DNA from: Erythrobacteraceae bacterium
Lineage (GTDB): Bacteria; Pseudomonadota; Alphaproteobacteria; Sphingomonadales; Sphingomonadaceae
Assembly: GCA_027486035.1 (NCBI GenBank)
Contig: JAIXPX010000045.1
Coordinates: 22,101-86,100, forward strand
Direction of reading: 5' to 3'
DNA: 64,000 nucleotides
The notes below the pieces were generated by a model. It saw nothing but the letters and a program-made list of their open reading frames with translations. It was not told the DNA's origin and made no database searches. Below, piece by piece: positions 1 through 11,424 of the stretch; within the stretch, counting starts at the first letter, position 1; the number at the start of each line of letters is the position of its first letter. The position numbers and the translations under genes are program-made.

Positions 1-27
1 GGTTTGCCCAAGTCAGTTCACACTGCT

Positions 28-1464
28 TCAGGCGGCCTGTTCGTCGAGCCGGGCCAGCGCCTCGTCCCGTCCGAGCAGGGCCAGCACATCGAAAATGCCC
101 GGTGATGTCGTCGTCCCGGTCAGCGCCGCGCGCATCGGCTGCGCCAGCTTGCCGAGACCCAATCCAAGCTCCTCCGCAAGCGCTTTGGTAGTGGCTTCGA
201 GCGCTTCGCTTGTCCAGTCGTTTTCGCCCGCAAGAGCCGCGTGAATCTGGCGAAGAACCGCCCGTGCATCGCCTTCCAGCAGCTGCGCGGCCTTCTCGGT
301 CATGGCCAGCGGGCGCTTTGCGAAGAGGAAGGCAGCCCCTTCAACCACTTCGTTGAGGTTCTTTGCGCGCACTTTGAGCACGGGCATGGCCCGTGTCAGC
401 AGGGCCTCGTTCGCGCCCTCGCCGATGCGCGCCGCGACCAGCCCGGCAAGGCGCGCATCATCCGCCTCGCGCAGATAGTGGCCATTGAGGTGCTCGAGCT
501 TCTTGATGTCGAACCGCGAGGGGCTTTTGCCCACCCCGTCGAGATCGAACAGCGCGACAGCCTCCTCCCGTGTGATCTCCTCGCGGTCGCCGTAGCCCCA
601 ACCGAGGCGCAGCAGATAATTGAACAGCGCCTCGGGCAGGATGCCGAACTCGTCGCGATAAGCCTCGACCCCGAGCGCGCCGTGACGCTTGGAGAGCTTA
701 GCCCCGTCGCTGCCGTGGATCAGCGGGATATGGGCATAGACCGGATCGGGCCAATTGCCCTCGATTTCGTTCATCGCGCGGATGATCGGCAGCTGGCGGA
801 AGGCGTTGTTGAGGTGATCGTCGCCGCGGATCACGTGGGTCACGCCCATGTCGTGATCGTCGACCACGACCGCGAGCATATAGGTCGGCGTGCCGTCGGC
901 GCGCAGGATGATGTAGTCGTCGATTTCCTCGTTCTTCACCGTCACCGCGCCCTGGACGCGGTCATGGATCGTGACGTCGCCGTCGTTGGGTGTCTTGAGG
1001 CGAATGACGAAGGGCGTGCCCTCGGGGGCCTCGGCAGGGTCGCGGTCGCGCCAGCGGCCGTCGTAGCGCAGCGGCTTCTTTTGCGCGCGCTGCTCCTCGC
1101 GCATCGCTTCGAGCTCCTCGGGCGTGGCGAAGCACTTATAGGCGTGCCCGGCCTTGAGCAGTTGCCAGGCGACCTCGGCATGGCGCTCGGCGCGGTCGGA
1201 CTGGAACAGGGGCGGGGCATCATAGTCGAGGCCGAGCCAGTCGAGCCCCTCGATGATCGCATCGATCGCCTCCTGGGTGGACCGCTTGCGGTCGGTATCC
1301 TCGATCCGCAGCAGGGTGCGGCCGCCGTGGTGGCGGGCATAGAGCCAGTTGAACAAAGCCGTGCGCGCCCCGCCGATATGCAGAAAGCCCGTGGGCGAGG
1401 GCGCGAAGCGGGTCACGACTTGGCCGGCCGGGCCGAGGTCGGAAATGCTGCTTTCGCTTGCCAT
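28..1464 (-). CDS. gltX: glutamate--tRNA ligase
   Basis: [17 protein letters not shown] (HIGH-type), LRIEDTD and KLSKR motifs; start trimmed to ATG of MASESS. Confidence 0.95.
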   Translation of the reverse strand: MASESSISDLGPAGQVVTRFAPSPTGFLHIGGARTALFNWLYARHHGGRTLLRIEDTDRKRSTQEAIDAIIEGLDWLGLDYDAPPLFQSDRAERHAEVAWQLLKAGHAYKCFATPEELEAMREEQRAQKKPLRYDGRWRDRDPAEAPEGTPFVIRLKTPNDGDVTIHDRVQGAVTVKNEEIDDYIILRADGTPTYMLAVVVDDHDMGVTHVIRGDDHLNNAFRQLPIIRAMNEIEGNWPDPVYAHIPLIHGSDGAKLSKRHGALGVEAYRDEFGILPEALFNYLLRLGWGYGDREEITREEAVALFDLDGVGKSPSRFDIKKLEHLNGHYLREADDARLAGLVAARIGEGANEALLTRAMPVLKVRAKNLNEVVEGAAFLFAKRPLAMTEKAAQLLEGDARAVLRQIHAALAGENDWTSEALEATTKALAEELGLGLGKLAQPMRAALTGTTTSPGIFDVLALLGRDEALARLDEQAA

Positions 1465-1542
1465 GGACTGTGCTTTCCTGTTCACTTTGAAAGGCTTGGA
1501 CGCGTGCCCGGGCTTGGGCAGGCCGGTCGGGGGGACAAGCCG

Positions 1543-3819
1543 ATGCGCGATGTACCGATTGTTCCGATGGGGCAGGAGCCCGATGGCGGCAAATCCACCG
1601 GAGAACCGGCGCCGCGCCCTTGGCAAACCGCGCGCCGCTTGTCCAGCACCGGCGGCGGGGCGGGGCGCGAGTCGTGGCTCGACGAGGCCGAGCATTTCCT
1701 CGGGGAAGCGGGCTTTGACCGGACACCCTGGATCGCCGTCGTGCTGGCCCTCGGGATCGTCACGTGGTTCGTGCTGCCCGGGCCCTGGCTATGGGGCGCG
1801 GCGATTGCCGGCGGCGCGGGAACGGGGCTGGCTGCGCTGGCGCTCTGGCCTACGGGAAGCGCTATCGACCAGCGCCGGGCGAACCTGCGCCTCGCGATTG
1901 TCACTTGCGGGCTGGTCTTCGCCTTCGGCGTCGCGCTGGTCTGGGCCCGCTCGGCAGTGGTCGGTGCCGAGCCGATCGCGCGGCCGATGGTGGCGCTCGT
2001 TCACGGCAAGGTGCTGGCCCGCGAGGACCAGCCCGCCGAGGGGCGGCTGCGCCTGACGCTGGCGGCCCGGCTCCCGGGGGAGGGGGCGCCGAGCGCTGCG
2101 GCGCGCAAGGTCAGGGTCAATTTCCCGATCAGGGCGCTGGGCGAGGGCGGGGTTCCCGCCGGCCTCAGCGAGGGCGCGGTGGTGCGCCTGCGCGCAAGGC
2201 TGATGCCGCCGGCGCACCCGATGCTGCCGGGCAGTTACGACTTTGCCCGTGCGGCGTGGTTCAGCGGCCTGTCCGCCACCGGCACGATGGTGGGCAAGCT
2301 CGAGGTGATCCGCCCGGCGGAGGGCAGCGGCGGGCTTGCCGTGCTGCAACGCTCGCTCTCCGAACATGTCCGCGCCCGGGTGCCGGGTTCGCCGGGCGCG
2401 ATCGCGGCTGCCTTTGCCAGCGGCGATCGCGGGGGCATTGCCGAGGTCGATGCGGCCGCGATGCGCGATGCCGGGCTGACCCACCTGCTCTCGATCAGCG
2501 GGCTGCACGTGAGCGCTGTGGTCGCTGCGGCCTATGTCGCGGTGCTGCGGGTGCTGGCGCTGTGGCCGGCGCTCGCCTTGCGGGTGCGGTTGCCGGTGGT
2601 GGCCGCCGCCAGCGGGGCGCTTGCCGGGATCGGCTACACCTTGCTGACCGGCGCGCAGGTGCCGACCGTCAGGAGCTGTGTCGCCGCCCTGCTGGTCCTC
2701 GGCGCGCTCGTGCTGGGGCGGGAGGCGCTCTCGATGCGGATGCTGGCGCTCGCCGCCGGTTTCGTCCTGCTGCTGTGGCCCGAGAGCGCGATCGGACCCA
2801 GTTTCCAGATGAGCTTTGCCGCCGTCCTCTCGCTCATCGCTTTGTCCCAGGCCGCCCCGGTCAGGGCTTTCCTTGCCCCGCGCGCGGAGCCGTGGCTGGC
2901 GCGGATCGGACGGCAGACCGTGATGCTGTTCCTGACCGGCGTGGTTATCGAACTGGCGCTGATGCCGGTCGTGATGTTCCATTTCCACCGCGCCGGAATC
3001 TATGGCGCGCTGGCCAATGTGCTGGCCATTCCGCTTGTGACGTTTGTTGCCATGCCGATGATTGCAATGGGATTTCTGGCCGATCTGCTGGGGATGGGCG
3101 GGCTGATGTGGTGGGTGGTCGAGCGCGCCCTGGCGCTGCTTCTGGAGATCGCGCATGTCACCGCCGGGCAGGCCGGCGCGGTGCGGCTGATGCCGCAGAT
3201 CTCGGGACTGGCGATGATGCTCTTCGCCCTGGGCGGGCTGTGGCTCGGCCTGTGGCGGGGGCGTGTGCGGCTTGCGGGGTTCGTGCCGGTGGCGGCGGCG
3301 AGCGCGATGGTGGCGGCGACCCCGATCCCCGACATTCTGGTCTCCGGTGATGGCCAGCAGGTTGGCATCACAGTGACCGGGCCTGATGGAGAGCCCCGGC
3401 TCCTTTCGCTGCGCGAGAGCCGTTCCGCCTACACGAGGGACAATCTCATGGAACTGGCGGGCGTTGCGGCCGAATCCGTTCCGCTTGCCGATTGGGACGG
3501 GGCGCGCTGTTCGTCGGCCTTCTGCACACTTGTGCTCGGGCGGGGGGCAAGAGACTGGGTGCTGCTGATCGGGAGGGGGCGGGACCGGGGCGATCTGGCC
3601 CCCCTTGCCGCGGCCTGCCGCGAGGCGGACATCGTCATTTCCGAGCGCTATTTGCCGCGTTCGTGCCGCCCGCGCTGGCTCAAGGCCGACCGGCGCTATC
3701 TCGAAAGATCAGGCGGCCTTGCGATCGACCTTGCCGACCGGCGGATCACCGCTGTCGCCGATGGCCAGGGCGAGCATGGCTGGTGGCGCGAGCCCGCGCC
3801 GCGCCGCGTTGGGAAATAG
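1543..3819 (+). CDS. comEC: ComEC/Rec2 family competence membrane protein
   Basis: [14 protein letters not shown] and SFQMSFAAV motifs, many hydrophobic segments; usual position between gltX and lexA; start uncertain. Confidence 0.88.
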   Translation: MRDVPIVPMGQEPDGGKSTGEPAPRPWQTARRLSSTGGGAGRESWLDEAEHFLGEAGFDRTPWIAVVLALGIVTWFVLPGPWLWGAAIAGGAGTGLAALALWPTGSAIDQRRANLRLAIVTCGLVFAFGVALVWARSAVVGAEPIARPMVALVHGKVLAREDQPAEGRLRLTLAARLPGEGAPSAAARKVRVNFPIRALGEGGVPAGLSEGAVVRLRARLMPPAHPMLPGSYDFARAAWFSGLSATGTMVGKLEVIRPAEGSGGLAVLQRSLSEHVRARVPGSPGAIAAAFASGDRGGIAEVDAAAMRDAGLTHLLSISGLHVSAVVAAAYVAVLRVLALWPALALRVRLPVVAAASGALAGIGYTLLTGAQVPTVRSCVAALLVLGALVLGREALSMRMLALAAGFVLLLWPESAIGPSFQMSFAAVLSLIALSQAAPVRAFLAPRAEPWLARIGRQTVMLFLTGVVIELALMPVVMFHFHRAGIYGALANVLAIPLVTFVAMPMIAMGFLADLLGMGGLMWWVVERALALLLEIAHVTAGQAGAVRLMPQISGLAMMLFALGGLWLGLWRGRVRLAGFVPVAAASAMVAATPIPDILVSGDGQQVGITVTGPDGEPRLLSLRESRSAYTRDNLMELAGVAAESVPLADWDGARCSSAFCTLVLGRGARDWVLLIGRGRDRGDLAPLAAACREADIVISERYLPRSCRPRWLKADRRYLERSGGLAIDLADRRITAVADGQGEHGWWREPAPRRVGK

Positions 3820-3916
3820 CGGCGCGGATCGCAAAGCCGCGATGGCACAGGTCTGACCGCGCCTGGCAGGGGTCTAAAGGGGGTCTGGAACGGGTCTGCA
3901 TGGCCCCTGGAACCAC

Positions 3917-3945
3917 AAAAAAGGGGGCTGCGAGAGGCCCCCTTT
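3917..3945 (-). terminator. intrinsic terminator between convergent comEC and lexA
   Basis: AAAAAA-GGGGGC-loop-GCCCCC-TTT; 6-U tract on the minus strand. Confidence 0.7.
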
Positions 3946-4034
3946 CCATCCAACATCGTGCCTGATCAGTCACTTGACCTTGCGCGCCGCTGTTTCACGG
4001 CCGCGCCGGACTGCGGCGTCCGGTGAGGCACGCC

Positions 4035-4718
4035 TCAGTGGTAGCGGCGCAGCAGTCCGGCAAGCTTGCCCTGCACCTCGACCTCGTCCAGGCGGTAGTA
4101 TTGCGGGTCATAGGCGGCATTGGCCGGATCGAGCCGCACCTGGGCCCCCTCGCGCCGCAGATATTTGAGCGTCGCTTCCTCGCCGCGCACCAGCGCGACC
4201 ACGATCTCGCCATCGCGCGCGGTATTGGTGCGGCGCACGAGCGCGAAATCGCCATCAAAGATCCCGGCCTCGACCATCGAGTCCCCCGAAACCTCGAGCG
4301 CATAGTGCTCTCCGGGGCCGAGCAGGGCGGCAGGGACGGGAAGCGTCGACTGGCCCTCCAGAGCCTCGATCGGGGCGCCCGCGGCAATGCGGCCGTGGAG
4401 CGGCAGCTCGATCACGTCATTGGCCGCCTCGACCTGCGGGGCGCGGGGTGCGGGCATCTGCACCACATTATCGCCGGCAGGGGCGCTGCGGGCGGGCGTC
4501 GTGTCGCCCGGCTCGCGGATCACCTCGAGCGCGCGCGCCCGGTTGGGCAGGCGGCGCAGGAAGCCGCGTTCCTCGAGTGCGGAAATCAGCCGGTGCACGC
4601 CCGACTTGCTCTTGAGATCGAGCGCCTCCTTCATCTCCTCGAAACTGGGCGAAATGCCGGTTTCCTCCAGCCGCTGCTGGATGAAGACGATGAGTTCGCG
4701 CTGTTTGGCTGTCAGCAT
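4035..4718 (-). CDS. lexA: SOS repressor LexA
   Basis: [16 protein letters not shown] wHTH, GRIAAG cleavage site, GDSM catalytic Ser, ATLK catalytic Lys. Confidence 0.97.
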   Translation of the reverse strand: MLTAKQRELIVFIQQRLEETGISPSFEEMKEALDLKSKSGVHRLISALEERGFLRRLPNRARALEVIREPGDTTPARSAPAGDNVVQMPAPRAPQVEAANDVIELPLHGRIAAGAPIEALEGQSTLPVPAALLGPGEHYALEVSGDSMVEAGIFDGDFALVRRTNTARDGEIVVALVRGEEATLKYLRREGAQVRLDPANAAYDPQYYRLDEVEVQGKLAGLLRRYH

Positions 4719-4868
4719 TGGTCAAGACTCCTGTGGTCGCACCCACGAAGCATTCCGAGGAATGCCCCGTGCCAATCCCTTGCGTGCGCCAAGAGGCACC
4801 CTGCCTAAATGCGGCTGCGGTGCTTTGCCGGCACTCCCTGCCCCAGGGCAGAGGCCCGTTCTTAAGGT

Positions 4869-4911
4869 GAACGAACACGGAACAATTAGGCAACTACGGC
4901 AAGGCTGTCAA
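4869..4911 (-). promoter_or_regulatory. lexA promoter with alphaproteobacterial SOS box(es)
   Basis: GAAC-N7-GAAC at 4869-4883, degenerate third repeat CAAC at 4891-4894; TTGACA on the minus strand at 4911-4906. Confidence 0.8.
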
Positions 4912-4938
4912 CCGCCTCGCACAGGCAAACGCCGGTTT

Positions 4939-6120
4939 TCAGCCATTCCGGAGCATATAGGCCTGCACCGCTTCCCCGGCAGCCAGCGCCGGCGCGCGGG
5001 CGGGCCGGTCGATCAGACAGTCGGCCGCCGCCAGCGCCGAGAGCGCCGAGGAATCCTGCGATCCCGCCAGCCGCACCGCGCCCCCCTCGCGCACGGCCCG
5101 CAGGAATTCGCGGCGCGGGCCGATGGCGGGAAAGTCCTCTCCCGCGACCAGCATTTCCGCCCCGGGCAGCGGGTCCGGGTCGCCCTGCGCCGCGCGCACG
5201 AGCGGCAAGGCAAAGAGAAAGGCGGTGACAAAGCTCGACACCGGATTGCCGGGCAGGCCTAGGATCACCTGCCTGCCTCTGGTGGCGACCAGCAGCGGCT
5301 TGCCGGGCTTGATCGCCACCCGCCAGAAGGCGGTCTCGGCACCCCAGTCGGCCAGCGCGGGCTTGACGAGATCATGATCGCCCACCGAGGCTCCGCCCGA
5401 GGTGATGATGATGTCGGCGCCGTCCGCCTGCGCCAGCGCCCGGGCCAGCGCCTCGCGCGTGTCGGGAACCGGGCCGATGCGGGTCACCTCGCAGCCGAGC
5501 GGCGCGAGCATCGCGGCGATCATGGCGGCGTTGCTGGCGGGGATCTGGTGCGGCAGGCAATCGCCCGGGTCCGCGCGCAATTCGTCGCCGCTGTCCATCA
5601 CCGCGACACGCACCTGCCGGGTGACGACAAGGCTGGCATGGCCTCCGGCAAGCGCCAGTGCGAGGCGTGCCGCAGTGATGCGGCTGCCCTTGCCAAGCAG
5701 CAGGTCACCGGCGTGGAAATCGAACCCGCGCGCCCGGATATGGCGGCCGGGCGGGGGCATCTCGCTGGCGGCGATGCTGCCACCGCTGTCCACCGCGTCT
5801 TCCTGGAGCAGGACGCGGTCGCCCCCCGGAGGCACCATGGCTCCGGTCGAGATGCGCGCGCATTCTCCGGGCGCGAGAACATCGCGGTAGGGCGCGCCGG
5901 CGCGGCTCTCCCCCACCAGCCGCCACGGGCCCTTTCCCTGGCCGAGCGCGTAGCCATCCATCGCCGAGAGATCGGCCGGGGGCTGGGTGCGCTGCGCCAG
6001 CAGATCCCCGGCCAGCACGCGCCCGAGCGCGGCGTGGGTGGCGATGGTTTCGGCCGGGAGCTGCGGGGCGAGTGCCAGCAGGCGGGCCTGCGCCTCCTCG
6101 AGACCGAGCGGCGGGTTCAC
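4939..6120 (-). CDS. moeA: molybdopterin molybdotransferase MoeA
   Basis: [31 protein letters not shown] motifs; GTGA overlap with moaC stop. Confidence 0.94.
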   Translation of the reverse strand: MNPPLGLEEAQARLLALAPQLPAETIATHAALGRVLAGDLLAQRTQPPADLSAMDGYALGQGKGPWRLVGESRAGAPYRDVLAPGECARISTGAMVPPGGDRVLLQEDAVDSGGSIAASEMPPPGRHIRARGFDFHAGDLLLGKGSRITAARLALALAGGHASLVVTRQVRVAVMDSGDELRADPGDCLPHQIPASNAAMIAAMLAPLGCEVTRIGPVPDTREALARALAQADGADIIITSGGASVGDHDLVKPALADWGAETAFWRVAIKPGKPLLVATRGRQVILGLPGNPVSSFVTAFLFALPLVRAAQGDPDPLPGAEMLVAGEDFPAIGPRREFLRAVREGGAVRLAGSQDSSALSALAAADCLIDRPARAPALAAGEAVQAYMLRNG

Positions 6121-6590
6121 GTGTCGGCCTTCCACTCGCCGGATTTGCCGCCGGACTTGGCGATGAGGCGCACCTCGCCAATCACCATGCCCTTGTCGAT
6201 CGCCTTGGCCATGTCATAGATTGTGAGGAGGGCGATGGAAGTGGCTGTCATCGCTTCCATTTCCACGCCGGTCTTGCCGGTCAGCGCGGCGGTGGCGGTG
6301 GCGCGGATCGCGCCCTCTTCGAAGGCGAAGTCGATGGTCACCGCTTCGAGCCCGAGCGGGTGGCACAGCGGGATCAGCTCGCCGGTGCGCTTGGCGGCCA
6401 TGATCCCGGCGATGCGCGCCGTGCCCAGCACATCGCCCTTGGGGGCATTGCCTTCGCGGATCGCGGCGAGGGCTTCGGCGGTCATGGTGATCCGGCCCGA
6501 TGCCACGGCGCGGCGGGCGGTCGCAGGCTTGGCGCCGACATCGACCATGCGGGCGGCGCCGCTTTCGTCGAGGTGGGTGAGCTTGGTCAT
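6117..6590 (-). CDS. moaC: cyclic pyranopterin monophosphate synthase MoaC
   Basis: [38 protein letters not shown]. Confidence 0.97.
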   Translation of the reverse strand: MTKLTHLDESGAARMVDVGAKPATARRAVASGRITMTAEALAAIREGNAPKGDVLGTARIAGIMAAKRTGELIPLCHPLGLEAVTIDFAFEEGAIRATATAALTGKTGVEMEAMTATSIALLTIYDMAKAIDKGMVIGEVRLIAKSGGKSGEWKADT

Positions 6591-7387
6591 GCCGCCGGTT
6601 GTGTCCCGAGAAGAGCGCGGGTGGCACTGGCGATATCGTCAGCCCGCATCAGGCTCTCGCCGACGAGGAAGGTGCGCACCCCGGCGGCGGCGAGGCGCTG
6701 GCAATCGGCATGGCTGTTGATCCCGCTCTCGCCGACCAGCAGCGTGCCTTCGGGCGCGAGCGGGACGAGGCGCTCGGTGGTGGCGAGCGAGGTGGTGAAG
6801 GTCTTGAGGTCGCGGTTGTTGACCCCGATGAGGCGCGAGCGCAGGTGCTTTGCGGCGCGGGCCATCTCGGCTTCGTCATGCACCTCGACCAGCACGTCCA
6901 TGCCGTGTTCGCGGGCGGCGGCCTCGATCTCGGCCATCTGCGCATCGCCCAGCGCGGCGACGATGATCAGGATCGCGTCGGCCCCGATGGCGCGCGCTTC
7001 GAGGCATTGCCAGGGATCGACCATGAAATCCTTGCGCAGCACCGGCAGGGCGCAGGCGGCGCGTGCTTCGACGAGGTAGTCCTCGTGTCCCTGAAAATAG
7101 GGCGCATCGGTGAGCACCGAGAGGCAGGCGGCGCCCCCCGCTTCATAGGCGGCGGCATGATCGGCGGGGTGGAAGTCGGCGCGGATCAGGCCCTTGGAGG
7201 GGCTCGCCTTCTTGACCTCGGCGATGAGGGCAAAGCCTGTCGCGGCCCGTGCGCGCAGGGCGGCCTCGAAGCCCCGCAGCGGCGTTTGCGCGGCGGCGGC
7301 GGCTTCGAGCGCGGCGGTGGTGGTCGCAGCCTTGCGGGCGGCGACTTCCTCGCGCTTGGTGGCGCAGATTTCCTCGAGCTTGTTCAT
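6587..7387 (-). CDS. trpC: indole-3-glycerol phosphate synthase
   Basis: [34 protein letters not shown]. Confidence 0.96.
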   Translation of the reverse strand: MNKLEEICATKREEVAARKAATTTAALEAAAAAQTPLRGFEAALRARAATGFALIAEVKKASPSKGLIRADFHPADHAAAYEAGGAACLSVLTDAPYFQGHEDYLVEARAACALPVLRKDFMVDPWQCLEARAIGADAILIIVAALGDAQMAEIEAAAREHGMDVLVEVHDEAEMARAAKHLRSRLIGVNNRDLKTFTTSLATTERLVPLAPEGTLLVGESGINSHADCQRLAAAGVRTFLVGESLMRADDIASATRALLGTQPAA

Positions 7388-8385
7388 TTCTCTTGCCTCG
7401 CCAGCGCGATCCACTTTTCGAGCAGCGCCAGCGCCGCGCCCGAATCCAGCGCCTCGGCCGCCATGGCCGCGCGCTCGGGCCAGCTGGTGCCGCGTCCTGC
7501 CACGGTCAGGGCACCGGCAGCATTGAACAGCACCGCATCGCGATAGGGACCGGGGGTGCCCATCAGCAGTGCCTTCAAAGCGGCGGCGTTGTGCTTCGCA
7601 TCGTCCCCCCGGATCGCCTCGATCGGGGCGTGGGGGAGGCCCGCCGCGCCCGCATCGATGCGCTCCATCGAGAAGGCGTTGCCGGTCACGACCGCGACCT
7701 CGTTGCCGCCCGCGAGGCTCAGCTCGTCGAGCCCCTCGTCGCCCGAGACGATCAGCGACCGGCCCGTGCCGAGCCGCGCCATGGCGCCCGCATAGATGGG
7801 AACATAGGCGGGCCGCGCGATCCCGATGAGCTGGCTCTCGACCCCTGCGGGGTTGGAGAGCGGCCCCATCAGGTTGAAGATCGTGCGCTGGCCGATGCGC
7901 ACCCGGATGGGCTGGATGCGCGCCATCGCCGGGTGGTGGTTCTTGGCAAAGAGGAAGCAGATGCCGATGGCGGCGAGGGTCTTCTCCGCCGTGCGTCCGG
8001 CGGCGTCCATGTCGAGGCCGAGGGCTTCCAAGGTGTCCGCCGCGCCCGCCTTGGATGAGGCGGCGCGGTTACCGTGCTTGGCGACCGGCACGCCGCAGGC
8101 CGCCACCACGAGGCTAACGGCGGTCGAGACGTTCAGCGTGTGATGCCCGTCGCCCCCCGTCCCGCAGACGTCGATCGCGCCCCGGGGGGCGTTGATGGGG
8201 ATCAGCCTTGCGCGCAAGGCCCGCGCTGCCCCCGCAATTTCCTCGGCCGTTTCCCCGCGTGCCGAGAGGGCGACGAGGAACTGCGCGATCTCGTCCTCTG
8301 ACGGCGCCCCGTCGAGCAGCACCCCGAAGGCGGCCTCTGCCTCGGCCTCGGAGAGGGGGGCGGCGATGTCGGGCAGCAGGCTCAT
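7384..8385 (-). CDS. trpD: anthranilate phosphoribosyltransferase
   Basis: [25 protein letters not shown]. Confidence 0.96.
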   Translation of the reverse strand: MSLLPDIAAPLSEAEAEAAFGVLLDGAPSEDEIAQFLVALSARGETAEEIAGAARALRARLIPINAPRGAIDVCGTGGDGHHTLNVSTAVSLVVAACGVPVAKHGNRAASSKAGAADTLEALGLDMDAAGRTAEKTLAAIGICFLFAKNHHPAMARIQPIRVRIGQRTIFNLMGPLSNPAGVESQLIGIARPAYVPIYAGAMARLGTGRSLIVSGDEGLDELSLAGGNEVAVVTGNAFSMERIDAGAAGLPHAPIEAIRGDDAKHNAAALKALLMGTPGPYRDAVLFNAAGALTVAGRGTSWPERAAMAAEALDSGAALALLEKWIALARQEK

Positions 8386-8993
8386 GGCGCGAGCCGTGCC
8401 GGGAGCACCGGCTCCATGCCGCACAACCGCACGAAGTTGGCGAGCAGCGCATGGCCATGCTCGGTGGCGATGCTTTCGGGGTGGAACTGCACCGAGTGGA
8501 TTGGGAGCGCGGCGTGGCGGAAGCCCATCACGCTCGGGTGATCGGTGCCAGGGGTCTCGGCATGGGCGTTCGCCACCAGCTCTGCGGGCATATTCACCAC
8601 CTCGAGGCTGTGATAGCGGGTGGCGATGAAGGGGGAGGGGAGCCCGGCGAACACGCCCGTCCCGTCATGGGTAACGGGCGAGGTCTTGCCATGCATCAGC
8701 CCGCCGCGCTGCACCGTGCCGCCGAAGTGCTGGCCGATCGCCTGATGCCCGAGGCACACGCCCATCAGCGGCAGCTGCGCATCGGCACAGGCGGCGACCA
8801 GATCGAGGCTGATCCCGGCCTCGTTCGGGGTGCAGGGGCCGGGCGAGATCAGGAACCCCGCCGCACGGGTAGCGACCGCCTCCGCTGCGGTCAGCGCGTC
8901 ATTGCGCTCGACGCGCACCTCTGCGCCCAGCTCCATCAGGTAATGGACGAGATTGAAGGTGAAGCTGTCGTAATTGTCGATGACGAGAATCAT
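8382..8993 (-). CDS. trpG: anthranilate synthase component II (glutamine amidotransferase)
   Basis: IDNYDSFTFNL, SPGPCTP, GVCLGHQ, QFHPES. Confidence 0.95.
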   Translation of the reverse strand: MILVIDNYDSFTFNLVHYLMELGAEVRVERNDALTAAEAVATRAAGFLISPGPCTPNEAGISLDLVAACADAQLPLMGVCLGHQAIGQHFGGTVQRGGLMHGKTSPVTHDGTGVFAGLPSPFIATRYHSLEVVNMPAELVANAHAETPGTDHPSVMGFRHAALPIHSVQFHPESIATEHGHALLANFVRLCGMEPVLPARLAP

Positions 8994-9880
8994 TGCGCCC
9001 CTGCCTCCGGCGTTGCGGCCGGCTCTGCCGGTGTCGGTGACGCAGGTCTGGCCTCGCGCTTCGTCACCACGATGATCGGGCCCACCCGCCCGCCGTCCAT
9101 CCGCCCGCCCGCCGGATCCCACAGGCTCGAGATCGCCCCGTCAAGGTAGAGGGCGTTGGTCACCTTCAGGACATCGCGGTAATAGCGCGCGAGCTGGCCG
9201 AAGCTCACCGGTGCGTCCGCAATCACGAAATGCGCCTTGCCGCCCGCATCGATGCCGACGGCATTGCGGATCGCCTTGGAGGGGCTGTCGTCCAGCACCT
9301 CGGGGTGCATCTTGCCATTATCCAGCAGCAGCGGCCCCGACTGGGTGCCGAACTCCGGCCTCTCGCCCACGGTGTTGAAGAAGGCGTTGCTCCCCATCAC
9401 GCGCCAGGAACCGCCCGTGCCGAAGAACACCCCGTTGGGCTTCATGTAGAAATTGCCGGAACCTTCCGCTCGGTCCAGTTCCTTGAGGCGCGCGCCCTTC
9501 TCGACATAGTAGCCTAGAGCCCTGAGATCGTCGCCATACATCCCGCCATTGACAGCAAAGGCGATGGTGGCCGGATCGACCGAGGCGGCAAACGCCGCGA
9601 GGCTAGCGAAAGGCTGCTTGTCCGGGCCAAGGTTCGCCATCCCGATGCGGTGCTGTGCCGGATCGGCGACGCAATGCGTGAGCGCCACGCCCTCGAAGCT
9701 GGTCTTTGCGCAGGCGGAAGGCCCGAGCGCCTGTTCGGCGGTCGGTGCAGCCTCGGGCGTGGCCTCGGCGACCGATCCGTCGAGCACGGTGCGGGTTACC
9801 GGCTTGCCCTCGGGACTTTCCGAGCAGGCGGCAAGGCCCAGCGCGAGGCCGGCGGCAAGGACGAGCGCGGCGCGCGTCAC
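8990..9880 (-). CDS. putative lipoprotein, phosphodiester glycosidase (YigE/DUF2233-like) family
   Basis: lipobox LAAC; NGGMY, GNFYMKPNGVF, TQSGP, RNAVG, ALYLDGAIS motifs; GTGA overlap with trpE. Confidence 0.75.
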   Translation of the reverse strand: MTRAALVLAAGLALGLAACSESPEGKPVTRTVLDGSVAEATPEAAPTAEQALGPSACAKTSFEGVALTHCVADPAQHRIGMANLGPDKQPFASLAAFAASVDPATIAFAVNGGMYGDDLRALGYYVEKGARLKELDRAEGSGNFYMKPNGVFFGTGGSWRVMGSNAFFNTVGERPEFGTQSGPLLLDNGKMHPEVLDDSPSKAIRNAVGIDAGGKAHFVIADAPVSFGQLARYYRDVLKVTNALYLDGAISSLWDPAGGRMDGGRVGPIIVVTKREARPASPTPAEPAATPEAGAQ

Positions 9881-11403
9881 TGGCCGTATCCCGGCTCGCC
9901 CGCGACCCGCACCGCCTCGCGCGCGGCAGCGATCAGGGCGCCCGCCTTGGCGCGGCATTCGGCGAGTTCGTAATCGGGCTCGCTATCGGCGACGATCCCC
10001 GCGCCTGCCTGGACATGCATCACCCCGTCCTTCACCACGGCGGTGCGCAGCACGATGCAGCTATCAAGGCTGCCGTCGGGCGCGAAGTATCCCACGCCCC
10101 CGGCATAGGCCCCGCGGGTCTCGGGCTCGAGTTCGGCGATGATCTGGCAGGCGCGGATCTTGGGCGCGCCCGAGACCGTGCCCGCCGGGAAGCCCGCGAA
10201 CAGGGCATCGAGCGCATCCCGGGAGCTGTCGAGCCGGCCCACCACATTGCTGACGATATGCATGACGTGGCTGTAACGCTCGATGGTGAAGCTGTCGGTC
10301 ACCTCCACCGTCCCCGCCGCCGCGACCCGGCCGACATCGTTGCGCCCCAGATCGAGCAGCATGAGATGCTCGGCGCGCTCCTTGGGATCGGCGAGCAGGC
10401 TCGCCTCGTTGGCAAGGTCGTCCTCGCGCGACGCGCCGCGCGGGCGCGTTCCGGCGATGGGGCGGATCGTGACCTCGCCCTCGCGCACACGCACCAGAAT
10501 CTCCGGCGAGGAGCCGACCAGCGCAAAGCCCGGCAGGTCGAGGAAATAGAGAAAGGGCGAGGGGTTCACCCGGCGCAGCGCGCGGTAGAGCGCGAGCGGG
10601 GGCAGGGTGAAGGGGCAGGTGAAGCGCTGGGCCAGCACCACCTGGAAGATATCGCCTGCGACGATGTAGTCCTTGGCCTTCAGCGCCATCGCCATGTAGT
10701 CATCGGGTGAGATCACCGGAGCAAGATCGGGCAGGGCAGCGGGAAGGGCGTCCCTGCTTTCGCAAGGCATCGCTGCGCCCAGCCGGCTCAGCGTCGCATC
10801 GATCCGCTCCCCGGCGCGCGCGACGGCGGCCGCAGGATCGGCCGCTTCCCAGATCGGCGCAACCGCAAACAGCGCATTGGTCAGGCCGTCGAAGACCAGA
10901 AGGACGGTCGGGCGGACGAACAGCATGTCGGGCAGATCGAGCGGGCTCGGTGCCGCGCGCGGCAGGGTCTCGACGAGGCCGATGGTCTCGTATCCGAAAT
11001 AGCCCACGAGGCAGGCGAGCGCCGGCGGCAGGCCTGCGGGCATCGGGTCGATCCGGCAGCTTGCCGCCAGCGTCCGCAATTCCCCGAGCGCGTCTCCGGC
11101 CAGCGGAACGAAGGCCTCGCGGTCGCTACGCCATGCGCGGTTCACGTGCGCGGCATTGCCCTCGGCGCGGAACACGAGGTCGGGATCGAGGCCGAGCAGG
11201 CTGTAGCGGCCGCGCACCTCGCCGCCCTCGACGCTTTCCAGCAGGAAGTCGCCGCGCCCCGGCACGATCAGCCGTCGCGCTGCGCCCACCGGCGTGTCGC
11301 TGTCGGCGATGATCCGGCGCCACACCAGCGCGGGCTTGCCTTCGGCAAGCAGCGCGGCGGCAGCCGCGGCGTTTTCGGGCAGGCTGGCAGCGTCGGGGGT
11401 CAC
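9877..11403 (-). CDS. trpE: anthranilate synthase component I
   Basis: FLLESVEGG, GRYS, GDIFQVV, NPSP, KERAEHLMLLDLGRND, GTVSGAPK. Confidence 0.96.
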   Translation of the reverse strand: MTPDAASLPENAAAAAALLAEGKPALVWRRIIADSDTPVGAARRLIVPGRGDFLLESVEGGEVRGRYSLLGLDPDLVFRAEGNAAHVNRAWRSDREAFVPLAGDALGELRTLAASCRIDPMPAGLPPALACLVGYFGYETIGLVETLPRAAPSPLDLPDMLFVRPTVLLVFDGLTNALFAVAPIWEAADPAAAVARAGERIDATLSRLGAAMPCESRDALPAALPDLAPVISPDDYMAMALKAKDYIVAGDIFQVVLAQRFTCPFTLPPLALYRALRRVNPSPFLYFLDLPGFALVGSSPEILVRVREGEVTIRPIAGTRPRGASREDDLANEASLLADPKERAEHLMLLDLGRNDVGRVAAAGTVEVTDSFTIERYSHVMHIVSNVVGRLDSSRDALDALFAGFPAGTVSGAPKIRACQIIAELEPETRGAYAGGVGYFAPDGSLDSCIVLRTAVVKDGVMHVQAGAGIVADSEPDYELAECRAKAGALIAAAREAVRVAGEPGYGQ

Positions 11404-11424
11404 GAGGCGATCACGCGCGGGCGC

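Noticed and set aside
241-1542. N-terminal 434 codons of the 1192-aa ORF
   Set aside because: Antisense shadow of gltX; ComEC-like sequence begins only near 1543.
3843-3857. Possible sigma54 promoter TGGCAC-N5
   Set aside because: The -12 element reads TGAC rather than TTGC, and there is no downstream plus-strand gene.
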